Assembly (NCBI GenBank): GCA_965212265.1
Contig: CBDBUZ010000007.1
Location: forward strand, 22,349 to 86,348
Direction: 5' to 3'
Length of the DNA: 64,000 bases
DNA from: Parasphingopyxis sp.
GTDB lineage: Bacteria; Pseudomonadota; Alphaproteobacteria; Sphingomonadales; Sphingomonadaceae
How positions within the stretch are numbered: position 1 is the first letter of the stretch; each line of letters opens with the position of its first letter. A model generated the notes under the pieces. The model saw nothing but the letters and a program-made list of their open reading frames with translations. It was not told the DNA's origin and searched no databases. Shown one piece after another: positions 54,962 through 63,848 of the stretch. The translations under genes were made by a program, and so were the position numbers.

Positions 54962-56326
54962 ATGCCAAAGCAAATTCACATCAACGCTTTTTCGCAATGT
55001 TCGATTAGTCCACAATCAAAGGGGCAATGGAAAAACCCGGCGGACAAATCCTCGGCTGGCTACAAGGACGTCGACTATTGGGTTGATCTGGTGAAGACGC
55101 TGGAACGCGGTTGCGTCGATGCTCTGTTCTTTGCTGATATTCACGGCGTTTATGATGTCTATGGCGGCAACATCAATGCTGGCGTTCAGCACGCCGTTCA
55201 GTTCCCCGGCAATGATCCGACAACACTGGCAACCGTTTTGGCGCGGGAGACAGAGAGTATTGGATTGATCTTCACGCTGTCGACGACCTATTATCCGCCG
55301 TTCCACGCCGCGAAACTATTCTCATCGCTGGATCATTTCACCGATGGTCGGGTCGGCTGGAATATCGTCACATCCTATCTGGAGAGTGCTTACAAGAATG
55401 GCTTGGGCGGAACGCCGCTGGAGCATGATGCGCGCTATGACCAGGCCGATGAATATATGGATGTGGTGTACAAGCTGTGGGAGCATAGTTGGGACGAAGG
55501 TGCGGTCGTTCGGAATGTCACAGACGATGTGCATACCGATCCGTCAAAAGTGCATTTGATCAATCATGAGGGCACGCACTATTCGGTTCGCGGCCCGCAT
55601 ATGTGCGAGCCATCACCGCAGCGGACACCTCTACTGGTTCAAGCGGGACAAAGTGGCCGTGGCATGACATTCGGCACCAAACATGCCGAAGCTTTGTTTG
55701 TAGCATTCCGCAGTCTGGAAGAAGCCAAGACCAAGACAAAAGAAATTCGCGATCTGGCGGAAGCTGCTGGCCGAGCCAGAGATAGCGTTAAGCTGCTGAT
55801 GGGTATTTGCCTGATCGTTGGCGAGACCGAAGCCGAAGCAAAAGCGAAATATGAGGAATATCTGTCTTATGCGTCACCCGAAGGCGCATTGGCGCTGTTC
55901 GGTGGCTGGACGGGCATTGATCTGGCGGGCATCGAACCCGATGCTGTGCTCGGCAATATGGAGAGCGACGGGATGCAGTTTCTCGCCCAATGGTTCAACA
56001 GCGATGATCCTGACAGGCAGGCGACACTTGGCGATGTCATGAAACATATGTCGATTGGCAGTCTTGCCGACGTCATTGTTGGTGATCCCAAGCAAGTCGC
56101 GGATCAATTGGAAGAGCTTGTCGACGTCGGCGGAGTTGACGGGTTCAACGTTATCCCTGTTGCGCAACCGGCCAGTGCGCTTGAACTGGTTGATCTTCTC
56201 ATCCCTGAATTGCAGCGGCGCGGACGTTTCCGGACGGAATATGAAGGTAACACCATTCGCGAGAGCTTCATGGGCGTAGGCAATGCACGCCTTGAATCCA
56301 ACCATCCGGCATTGGCAATAAAATGA
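54962..56326 (+). CDS. LLM-class flavin-dependent monooxygenase (NtaA/SnaA/DszA family)
   Basis: LFFAD, DHFTDGRVGWNIVTS, PSPQRTPLLVQAGQSGRG, FRTEYEG.TIRE. Confidence 0.93.
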   Translation: MPKQIHINAFSQCSISPQSKGQWKNPADKSSAGYKDVDYWVDLVKTLERGCVDALFFADIHGVYDVYGGNINAGVQHAVQFPGNDPTTLATVLARETESIGLIFTLSTTYYPPFHAAKLFSSLDHFTDGRVGWNIVTSYLESAYKNGLGGTPLEHDARYDQADEYMDVVYKLWEHSWDEGAVVRNVTDDVHTDPSKVHLINHEGTHYSVRGPHMCEPSPQRTPLLVQAGQSGRGMTFGTKHAEALFVAFRSLEEAKTKTKEIRDLAEAAGRARDSVKLLMGICLIVGETEAEAKAKYEEYLSYASPEGALALFGGWTGIDLAGIEPDAVLGNMESDGMQFLAQWFNSDDPDRQATLGDVMKHMSIGSLADVIVGDPKQVADQLEELVDVGGVDGFNVIPVAQPASALELVDLLIPELQRRGRFRTEYEGNTIRESFMGVGNARLESNHPALAIK

Positions 56327-56922
56327 ACATGTTGAAGATATTTGGCGAGCGTCTGAGCCGCACTGAGCGCGTCCTATGGGCTGCCGATGAATGCGGCGTT
56401 TCCTACGACCATATCCCGGTACCCGTGAATGGAGAGAAAGGAGAGGCGCTGCTCGCGATCAACCCCGATGGCGCGATCCCGACAATCGATGATGACGGTT
56501 TTATCGCGACCCAATCCTGGGCGATAACACTCTATCTGGCGCGCCAATATGGCGGCGCTCTTGCCAGCCGAACTAATCAGGAAGAAGCTGACATCTTGCG
56601 CTGGAGCTTCTGGGCGGCATGCGATGTAGAGGCGACGATAATCGACATGATCCACGCCACCGGAATGCTCCCTGAAGACGAGGCCGATCCGGCGCGTTTC
56701 GCCGAAGGTGTTGAGAAGCTGCAGCGCCCTCTCGCTTCGCTCGAAAGGGCGCTTGAAGGTCGGGATTACATTACCGGCGGGCGCTTCACGATTGGCGATC
56801 TGAACGCGGTGTCGATCGTTTCATGGCTCGCGCTGCTTGGTTTCGATTTCACCAAATTTCCGAATGCGAAAGCGTGGGTTGATCGCTGCATGAAGCGGCC
56901 GAATTTTCCGAAGCGCGGCTGA
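56323..56922 (+). CDS. Glutathione S-transferase
   Basis: INPDGAIPTI, TQSWAITLYL, RFTIGDL. Confidence 0.9.
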   Translation: MNMLKIFGERLSRTERVLWAADECGVSYDHIPVPVNGEKGEALLAINPDGAIPTIDDDGFIATQSWAITLYLARQYGGALASRTNQEEADILRWSFWAACDVEATIIDMIHATGMLPEDEADPARFAEGVEKLQRPLASLERALEGRDYITGGRFTIGDLNAVSIVSWLALLGFDFTKFPNAKAWVDRCMKRPNFPKRG

Positions 56923-56955
56923 AATGACAATTAGGTATTGAAGGGGAGAACATCC

Positions 56956-58305
56956 GTGACTGCTGAACAGAATAAGTTCGACGCAATTGTCATCGGCACC
57001 GGACCGGGAGGAGGAATGGTTGCACGTGATCTGACCAAATACGGTAAGAAGGTGCTGATCCTTGAACGTGGTGACTACAAACCCACCACGGGCAAGTTGG
57101 GCCAGACTTTATCGCGAGGATACATCCCGGGGACGCAGCTGCCGCTGACCAAAAGCGGCAAACCAATATTGCGCGGGATTACAACGGGTGGGACATCAAA
57201 CTTCTATACCGCAACAGCTTATCCGCCCAATTACGAACTGCTGGAACGTTATGGCGTGAACATCCGGCAGGAAATCGAGGATGTTCGCAGCGAACTGCCG
57301 ATTGCGCCGATCAAAGATGAGCTAATGAGCCCGGCTGCCGAGCTGTTCATGAAAACCTCTCGTGAGCTGGGCTATGATTGCCAGAAGTTCGACAAATACA
57401 TCTATCAGGATCGCTGCCTACAAAATTGCGATAGCTGCATCATGGGCTGCCCGAATGATGCGAAATGGAATTCGCGCTATCTGGTGGATGAGGCGATTGA
57501 AAATGGTGCCGAGATTATCAACGGCGCGATGGTCGAGAAAATCATCTCCGAAGGCGATATTGCGATTGGTGTGGAATACAAGACCGGCCGGAAAACGACC
57601 AAAGTCTACGCCGACCGAATTGTTCTGAGCGCGGGTGGTATTGGCTCGCCTTTGGTTCTCCGCAAAAGCGGTTTTGAAAACGTCGGTGAAGATGTTTGCG
57701 GAGACCCGCTGATGGTTGTGATTGGCAAGATCGAAGGGTTGAAAGGCACAGGCAAAGCCGTGCCAATGATGACCGGTTTCCATCTGAAAGAGGATGGCAT
57801 CATGTTCTCCGATCTGGCCATGCCCAAGATCATGAAAAAGCTGTTCGATGCGCATGCTTTCAACTTCACCAAGATGGGGGAATATGAGGATATTCTGCCA
57901 ATCATGGTGAAAATCAGGGATGACCTATCCGGCAAAATCATAAACAACGGGCTGGTCGACAAACCCACTTCCGAAGCTGATCAGGCGAAGCTCAATAAGG
58001 GCAAGGCGATTGCCGAAGAAATCCTGAAAAAAGCGGGCGCGAAGAAAACCTATGCCACCCGCGTTCTGGCCGCGCATCCGGGCGCTGGCATCAAACTTGG
58101 CCAGCATCTCGATGAAAATCTAAAGACGCACAATTTCGATAATCTCTATGTCTGCGATGCCTCGGTTTTCCCCGAACCACTAGGCCTCCCGCCATCGCTC
58201 TCGATATTGGGCATGGGCAAGCGCCTGGCCAAACACCTCGCGGAGCAGAACAGCATGGGTGGACGTGTTGCAGGCGAGGGTACCGAGATGATCGCTGCCG
58301 AATAG
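56956..58305 (+). CDS. GMC family oxidoreductase
   Basis: IGTGPGG, CLQNCDSCIMGCP, LSAGGIGSP, HPGAG, VCDASVFP. Confidence 0.88.
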   Translation: MTAEQNKFDAIVIGTGPGGGMVARDLTKYGKKVLILERGDYKPTTGKLGQTLSRGYIPGTQLPLTKSGKPILRGITTGGTSNFYTATAYPPNYELLERYGVNIRQEIEDVRSELPIAPIKDELMSPAAELFMKTSRELGYDCQKFDKYIYQDRCLQNCDSCIMGCPNDAKWNSRYLVDEAIENGAEIINGAMVEKIISEGDIAIGVEYKTGRKTTKVYADRIVLSAGGIGSPLVLRKSGFENVGEDVCGDPLMVVIGKIEGLKGTGKAVPMMTGFHLKEDGIMFSDLAMPKIMKKLFDAHAFNFTKMGEYEDILPIMVKIRDDLSGKIINNGLVDKPTSEADQAKLNKGKAIAEEILKKAGAKKTYATRVLAAHPGAGIKLGQHLDENLKTHNFDNLYVCDASVFPEPLGLPPSLSILGMGKRLAKHLAEQNSMGGRVAGEGTEMIAAE

Positions 58306-58338
58306 CTGATCCAAGGACTGAACTTAAGAATCTTGCCG

Positions 58339-58368
58339 AATGTCCGCTTTGGGCGCAAAGCAGACGTT
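58339..58368. repeat. Hairpin repeat copy 8
   Basis: AATGTCCGCTTTGGGCGCAAAGCAGACGTT. Confidence 0.85.
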
Positions 58369-58536
58369 CCCTGCCCTGCTCAGATTATTCCCTGATCCTC
58401 GCCAATTTTTCCCTGTTATCTGATTCAGGGAATTTTCCCTCTAACGTGCAGAATAGCGCTACATTTTGGCCATGAGATGTGCAGTTTCGGCATGAGATCT
58501 CATGATTTCCCTGCATTTTCACGGATAACAGGGAAA
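58367..58536. repeat. Cluster of TTCCCTG/CAGGGAA motifs with 13-bp inverted repeat
   Basis: TTTCCCTGTTATC (58408-58420) / GATAACAGGGAAA (58524-58536) plus further heptamer copies. Confidence 0.8.
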
Positions 58537-58566
58537 TGTGATCAGAGACTGGTTCGCTCGAGACTG

Positions 58567-58587
58567 CATCCCGCACCACCCAGTTCC
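58567..58587 (+). repeat. att-like direct repeat, right copy
   Basis: CATCCCGCACCACCCAGTTCC, 20/21 identical to the tRNA-Thr 3' end and flank. Confidence 0.8.
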
Positions 58588-58783
58588 CAGAATCTGACAT
58601 GGCTGCACTTTTGGACCAGCTGGGCCTCAAGTCAGGGCGGGTTTGGTGGATGATGCCATCGTCGGCCTTCGGTGCAGATCAGTGTATCCGGCCTTGCACT
58701 GAACCGAGCCGCTGAACCCTCCGGTTCAGGCGGCGACCATGTGTCACACTACAATTGTCAGTATGCGCTACTAGTCCAGTCGC

Positions 58784-58811
58784 AATGTCCGCTTCGGCGC
58801 ATTGCGGACAT
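58784..58811. repeat. Hairpin repeat copy 9
   Basis: AATGTCCGCTTCGGCGCATTGCGGACAT. Confidence 0.8.
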
Positions 58812-58894
58812 AAACTATATGCAGCAATCTGCGTCTTAAGGGCGGCTGCCCTGAGAACGGACAGGGACATTCGTTGACTGATACTTCCCCGAAA

Positions 58895-59647
58895 ATGCAA
58901 TCGCTTGTTACCGGCAACATCCGGCTGGCCGCAACCGTCATGCTCATTCGCAATGGTGCAGCGAGTCTTGAAGTGTACATGGTGCAGCGGCCAGGGCGTG
59001 GCGATTTTCCGGATGTACACGCTTTTCCCGGAGGCAAAGTGGACGCGGATGATTTTGCCCCTGAGTCTTGCTTCGGCCTCCAGGATCCAGATGCAAGCAA
59101 ACAACTGGGAATTGCTGCTGGGGGTCTTCGCTATTGGACTGCCGTAGCGCGGGAGTGCTTTGAGGAGTGCGGTGTATTGCTCGTGCGCAAGGAAGGCGCT
59201 CCAATCGCCTTTGACGACCGGGCTGTCATGCGATTTCACGATCACAGGGAACGATTATTGGCGAATGAAGTCACCTTCAGCGACATTTGTCGAGTGGAAG
59301 GTCTTCAGGTGGACTGCAAGCGCCTCGGCTATTTCAGTCACTGGATCACGCCTGCAGTCGTCCCTCGCCGGTTTGATACGCGCTTTTTTGTTGCGGCGAT
59401 GCCAAGCGACCAATCGACGCATGCGCACACTCTTGAGACAGCAGATGATGAGTGGGTCCAGCCAGATATTGCCCTTGCAAACAAGAATTCGGGCCATTGG
59501 CAACTGATTGATCCAACCCTGCGATCTCTGGAAACCTTGTCTCAGTACCGGTCCGTGGAAACCCTGCTGGCAGGCATTCGGCAAGGCAACCATCTCATGC
59601 CGTTGACAGAATCGCTTTCCAGCCAGGGCATGCAAACACTGCGCTGA
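58895..59647 (+). CDS. NUDIX hydrolase (NUDT19-like)
   Basis: AFPGGKVD, ARECFEECG, HWITP, RRFDTRFF; start 58895 or 58874. Confidence 0.9.
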   Translation: MQSLVTGNIRLAATVMLIRNGAASLEVYMVQRPGRGDFPDVHAFPGGKVDADDFAPESCFGLQDPDASKQLGIAAGGLRYWTAVARECFEECGVLLVRKEGAPIAFDDRAVMRFHDHRERLLANEVTFSDICRVEGLQVDCKRLGYFSHWITPAVVPRRFDTRFFVAAMPSDQSTHAHTLETADDEWVQPDIALANKNSGHWQLIDPTLRSLETLSQYRSVETLLAGIRQGNHLMPLTESLSSQGMQTLR

Positions 59648-59654
59648 TGCGGCT

Positions 59655-59678
59655 GACCGCTTTCGACCCAGAGCGGAC
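59655..59678. repeat. Hairpin repeat copy 10
   Basis: GACCGCTTTCGACCCAGAGCGGAC, 7 bp after the NUDIX stop. Confidence 0.75.
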
Positions 59679-60045
59679 AGAGCTTCTCACGATGCGGCCG
59701 CGGATGCTGGCATCATCAAACCAGCGGCGAAGAAAATGGGACGGAGTATCTTTCTCGGCATGATCAATCTCTCGGTCGTGGCATTGGCAGAAAACTTGCC
59801 AGAGATTCATGCTGTGTCGAAACCGTGCTGCCCAGGCGCCTCCGGCAGAGCGAGGCCACTGCACCTAATGATCAGCGCCGACCTTTGCCAAATGTCCTGT
59901 CGCGGGACAGGTCGCAATTGCCTGCCAGGCAGATTGTTTTGACACCATCAAACAATTAATGTTGGATTCAGGCCCAACAGGCCATAGCCACCATTGCTGG
60001 CGGCTCGATAGGTTTGAACGAGAGAACCGTTGGTGGAGCAGAAGC

Positions 60046-60246
60046 ATGAAAAACGTGCTCATAGCGAGTGTATTTGGAGCGACAATTTCGATAATTGTTT
60101 CATATGTTCTCGACTATTTTGAAAGTGACGGAGGCTTTCTCTCTGTTTATCTTTTTCAGTTCGCTGACATCCAGATATTTTGGTCATGGCCGCTGTTCCT
60201 TATTGGCACTGGATTATCCTGGGCAATTCTCCAGATGATGAAATGA
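60046..60246 (+). CDS. Small membrane protein
   Basis: Two hydrophobic helices; GGAG RBS upstream. Confidence 0.5.
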   Translation: MKNVLIASVFGATISIIVSYVLDYFESDGGFLSVYLFQFADIQIFWSWPLFLIGTGLSWAILQMMK

Positions 60247-61075
60247 AATCGAGGTCTCACCGGAAAACCGCTTCAAAACACTGCGCTAACGGGAATGCTC
60301 GAACCGGCTGCAAAATCAGGTCTTGATGTAAGGCAGCCCGCATCTTTTCGGAGAAATCGAACCGTTTCGGACCATCTGGTGGCACCAGCAATGCTTGCCT
60401 AATCCTGACATGAACAGGCTTCCGCCCGGAAGCCGGAACGCGCGAAGGCGCATTCGGTGAATATCCAGCTAAGCGGATACAAAATCACTAGATTTGATGA
60501 CTTCTATCGATAACTTAGGATTATGTTAGCCATTCTAGATTAGTGATGTCTAAACGAGCCAACGGAACATTTTTTATTCGGGCCCGGCGAATTACGACCT
60601 TGCCGGGTCTGGGGGCGGCGGTTAATCCCGTCGCCCCAACTTCCAGAAATGAAGCTGGCCAACACAATGCCAGCCAGCTTCACTTACGACCATCGCAAAG
60701 TCTGTGCATTTCATCCGCCGCAGTGACAAGGGCACTTCGACAGGCGGAGCGGTTGCCGGGACAAGTGCATGAGGCCCGTATGTCCAAGCAGGGCTTGCCT
60801 GTCCGATGACTCCAGACCATGGTTAGAAAATGTTCAACGACACTCTCGAGTCTCGCGTGAGGACCGTTCTGGAGCATTCCCCAGAATGGGTGCGACGTGA
60901 TCTGCATTCGGAAAATTCTACCGACCGAGTTCGGGCGGAAGAGACTCTTGCCGCGATGATTGCGGCAGACCTTCGCGAGCATTCAGCGACCACCGAGCCT
61001 GCCTGATCGGCTCGACTGAGTTACCGAGTTTCAGAGCGGCAATTTGCGCGGCCAAGCCACATTGTTTTAGGAAGC

Positions 61076-62296
61076 TTATTCTTGCAGCGCATTCACAGCG
61101 TGCTGCACCACAGAGGTGGTTTGAATATTCTCCAATGAGTCTCTTATCGCCTGCGATTCCGCCTTGTGGTTCGCGCCCATCTTGTCGATTTGTTCGATGA
61201 TTTGATCAACACCAGGCTCCCGGATGTCAAACACGTAATCTTGCTGTTGGAAATGTGCCGCCAGGTCGACATATTTGCTGGCCCAACCAAGTATGATCGC
61301 AGGGACGCCGCTCCTATATGCAAACACCACCGAGTGGTAGCGTGAGGCGACGACATATTTAAATTTCCCGATGATATCTATCAACTCTGGGCTAGAATAT
61401 TCCCCAGATATTACACCCACCTTGTCCCTATTATTCGTCTTGCTGAGAACATTTTCAACGAGTTGATAGTCAGCAGTAGATGTATTCAGAATATAAACTT
61501 TCTCGCCATCGTCGATCAATTTGTCCAACATATTTGCATAGAGGTTAAGGACTGCATCTGGATCACCGATCCTGAACACGTTTTCGTTTATGATGAACCC
61601 AACAGAATCTTGAGATGGATAGTGTATCTCGGCGGGGTCGTTAGAAGTAAGGATGTCGCTGGCGGCCGGAAACAATTTCTCCCTGATCACCATGTCTGTC
61701 GATAATTCTACATTCTCCAGACCCAGGGATATCAGGCACTCATATCCTTCTGTCTCACGCGCATAAATTTTTGAACAATAGGTCAATTCTTCTTTGACCT
61801 GTTTAAGGAAGATCGCATTGTCCTCGCCGTCGTCCCAGTCAAATGGACCAAAACTCTGTGGCATCAATATTATCTTTTTGTTGTACCGCCTCGCGAGTTT
61901 TATCGTTTGGAGTAGCATTCCGCCGCCCTGTTTCGACCAGCCGGAACCGAGAGTGTAGCCGCTCGCATCGAGAATAGCGTCCGCTTCTCGCAGCGCCTTA
62001 TCCATCTCTGCGACCTTACCGTTCCACTTATCGGTTTTCCTCCACAGACTGAAAAGAAACGTCAGCAGCGGCACCAATAGAGGTATGGCGTTCAACCGAT
62101 ATTTGAATACGACGCGAGTATAGTCATCATAGGGCAATAGTTTGAAATTATACTGTTCAGGTGAGTCATACTTATTGGAAAAGCCAATTACCTCGCAATC
62201 CTCATAAATGGACTTCAAGCCATGGTATAAAGATAGAAACATCGCTTGAGAGCCTTTGTTTCTCATCTGAATGCCGGTTATCACAAACTTTTTCAT
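61076..62296 (-). CDS. Polysaccharide pyruvyl transferase family protein (WcaK-like)
   Basis: NKGSQAM, LMPQSFGPF, IYARE, SRYHSVVFA..GVP.IILGWASKY; visibly AT-rich. Confidence 0.88.
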   Translation of the reverse strand: MKKFVITGIQMRNKGSQAMFLSLYHGLKSIYEDCEVIGFSNKYDSPEQYNFKLLPYDDYTRVVFKYRLNAIPLLVPLLTFLFSLWRKTDKWNGKVAEMDKALREADAILDASGYTLGSGWSKQGGGMLLQTIKLARRYNKKIILMPQSFGPFDWDDGEDNAIFLKQVKEELTYCSKIYARETEGYECLISLGLENVELSTDMVIREKLFPAASDILTSNDPAEIHYPSQDSVGFIINENVFRIGDPDAVLNLYANMLDKLIDDGEKVYILNTSTADYQLVENVLSKTNNRDKVGVISGEYSSPELIDIIGKFKYVVASRYHSVVFAYRSGVPAIILGWASKYVDLAAHFQQQDYVFDIREPGVDQIIEQIDKMGANHKAESQAIRDSLENIQTTSVVQHAVNALQE

Positions 62297-62586
62297 GCTG
62301 ACTAATCGCTTCCTTGGTGATTACTGCATCCCGCCTGCGAGCACCCTTTTCTGAAGGAAGCAGAGTCCTGTTCGCTCCGTTGGGGAAAATGCAAGATGGG
62401 CCTCAATATCAGTCGAAAGTTGGCGCGGCGAAGCCGCTGGGATCCAGGTAGACATAGCAGCTGCCATCAGTCGCAACGGCGTCTACGCTGACCGATTTAC
62501 CAGCCGTTGCACCGGGGCGCAGCTCCCAAAAGCGGATTAACACATTATCGACGTTCCAGACGCCTGATGGGTCCGATTGGAGATCC

Positions 62587-63426
62587 TCAGTCGGTTGTAT
62601 CCGCTGCCGCGTACCAGTGGCTGAGCGACTGACCGCTGATCTGCTCAAGGGTCTCGATGGACGGGCCGTAATATTCGTTGAGGCGCTTTCGCAGCTCGCC
62701 GGTGAATTGCGGGTACTCGGTCTTGCGCGCAATCAAGCCCCGAGCTGCCTCGAACGGGGCGGTACCTCGGAGAGGGCGCACAATCGGTTTCATCCACGCA
62801 AGACGTTTGCGCATTTGGGTGGGAACAAGGCTGGCCGACTTGTCCTTGACCTTCTCGCGCCCTTCTGGTGCGAGCGGGTGCGGTGGCAAGCCCAAATGCG
62901 TACGGACCCGTGACATCTGCGTCTGCGGATCGTCCATAACCCCTTCAAAAAACAGGATAAGAAGCCTTCCGCGCCCGTAGAGCTCGATAAAAGGCTCGAG
63001 GTGCGACGCGAAATTTCCGGAACCCAGGATCTGCATATTTTCGCTTACCGAGGGATCGAGGTGGGACTCTATATCCGCCCCGACTTCGCCACGCCTGAAC
63101 AGCATGCAGTAGCTGGAATAGGCCCGCTCAACGGGGTTTCGCAGTTGGGCAATCAATTTTACCTGTGGAAGGTCGCGATGGAGGCGGTCTGCTGCTTCGG
63201 GCACATACAGGTAAGAATTGGATTTTTCGCCAACGGTCCTGCCGAGCGGCTCCTCGGTGAAGTGCGACAGATACCAGTCCTGGCCGCGATCATATTCTCG
63301 GGAGAAATAGTGAAGCTCCGGGTCCGGCATATAAACTGCCGGATCCGACTGCAGCTGTGTCTGGAGCCAAGTCGTCGCCGACTTCGCGGCCCCAATAATG
63401 ATGAAATCGATGTCTTTGAGCTGCAT
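62587..63426 (-). CDS. Sulfotransferase family protein
   Basis: 5'-PSB IGAAKSATTWL, GEKSNSY, 3'-PB LRNPVERAYS. Confidence 0.9.
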   Translation of the reverse strand: MQLKDIDFIIIGAAKSATTWLQTQLQSDPAVYMPDPELHYFSREYDRGQDWYLSHFTEEPLGRTVGEKSNSYLYVPEAADRLHRDLPQVKLIAQLRNPVERAYSSYCMLFRRGEVGADIESHLDPSVSENMQILGSGNFASHLEPFIELYGRGRLLILFFEGVMDDPQTQMSRVRTHLGLPPHPLAPEGREKVKDKSASLVPTQMRKRLAWMKPIVRPLRGTAPFEAARGLIARKTEYPQFTGELRKRLNEYYGPSIETLEQISGQSLSHWYAAADTTD

Positions 63427-63848
63427 TGGCTAGCCGCGCCCCCGGTTGAAGATGGTTTCAGTGCTTCCTCTCTACTCGGACGCAATCGCATAGTTCCGGG
63501 TGAAGAGAATAGGAGCAGAATTCACCTTTGAATAAAAGCACGTACCATCGCAATCAAGGGAGCAACTAGCGGGTTTAAGAGCTAGCCGACGGCCAAATTT
63601 GGGTACCCACAGCGCAGTATCTGCCGATTGTGGAACAATTTATCGCCAGCAACGACTGACCGGGTACCGGCACCGCCCTCAATTGCCATTCAACAATAAT
63701 ACCAAAGCGCTAGTTCCCCTGCGCCAACCCTCCCCCTTGATTCCACTGGCCTAGGCAGCTCGCACTACCCTAGTCTTTGATTGCGGAATTCGAGACGGAA
63801 TGCGGCTGAAATCAGCCTATTCCGCCGCTTTTTATCAAGGAGTTGGCT

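Larger units (their letters stand above)
29432..58587. mobile_element. tRNA-Thr-integrated genomic island (~29 kb), no integrase seen
   Basis: 21-bp direct repeat CATCC(G/C)GCACCACCCAGTTCC at 29432-29452 and 58567-58587; accessory cargo between. Confidence 0.75.

Noticed and set aside
58700-58734. TGAACCG...CGGTTCA mini inverted repeat resembling an IS end
   Set aside because: Only 7-bp termini, no transposase, no target duplication.
33467-59678. Hairpin repeats as CRISPR array or classical integron attC
   Set aside because: Spacing is irregular (0 to 9 kb), no cas or intI gene is present, and attC core sites are not evident.
60417-60434. Perfect hairpin GGCTTCCG-CC-CGGAAGCC
   Set aside because: Does not match the GTCCGCT consensus; single occurrence.
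60680-60982. 100-aa ORF; a neighbouring frame contains LLGH as in tyrosine integrases
   Set aside because: No other integrase motif (Arg box, HxLR, catalytic Tyr) in any frame; cannot be supported.
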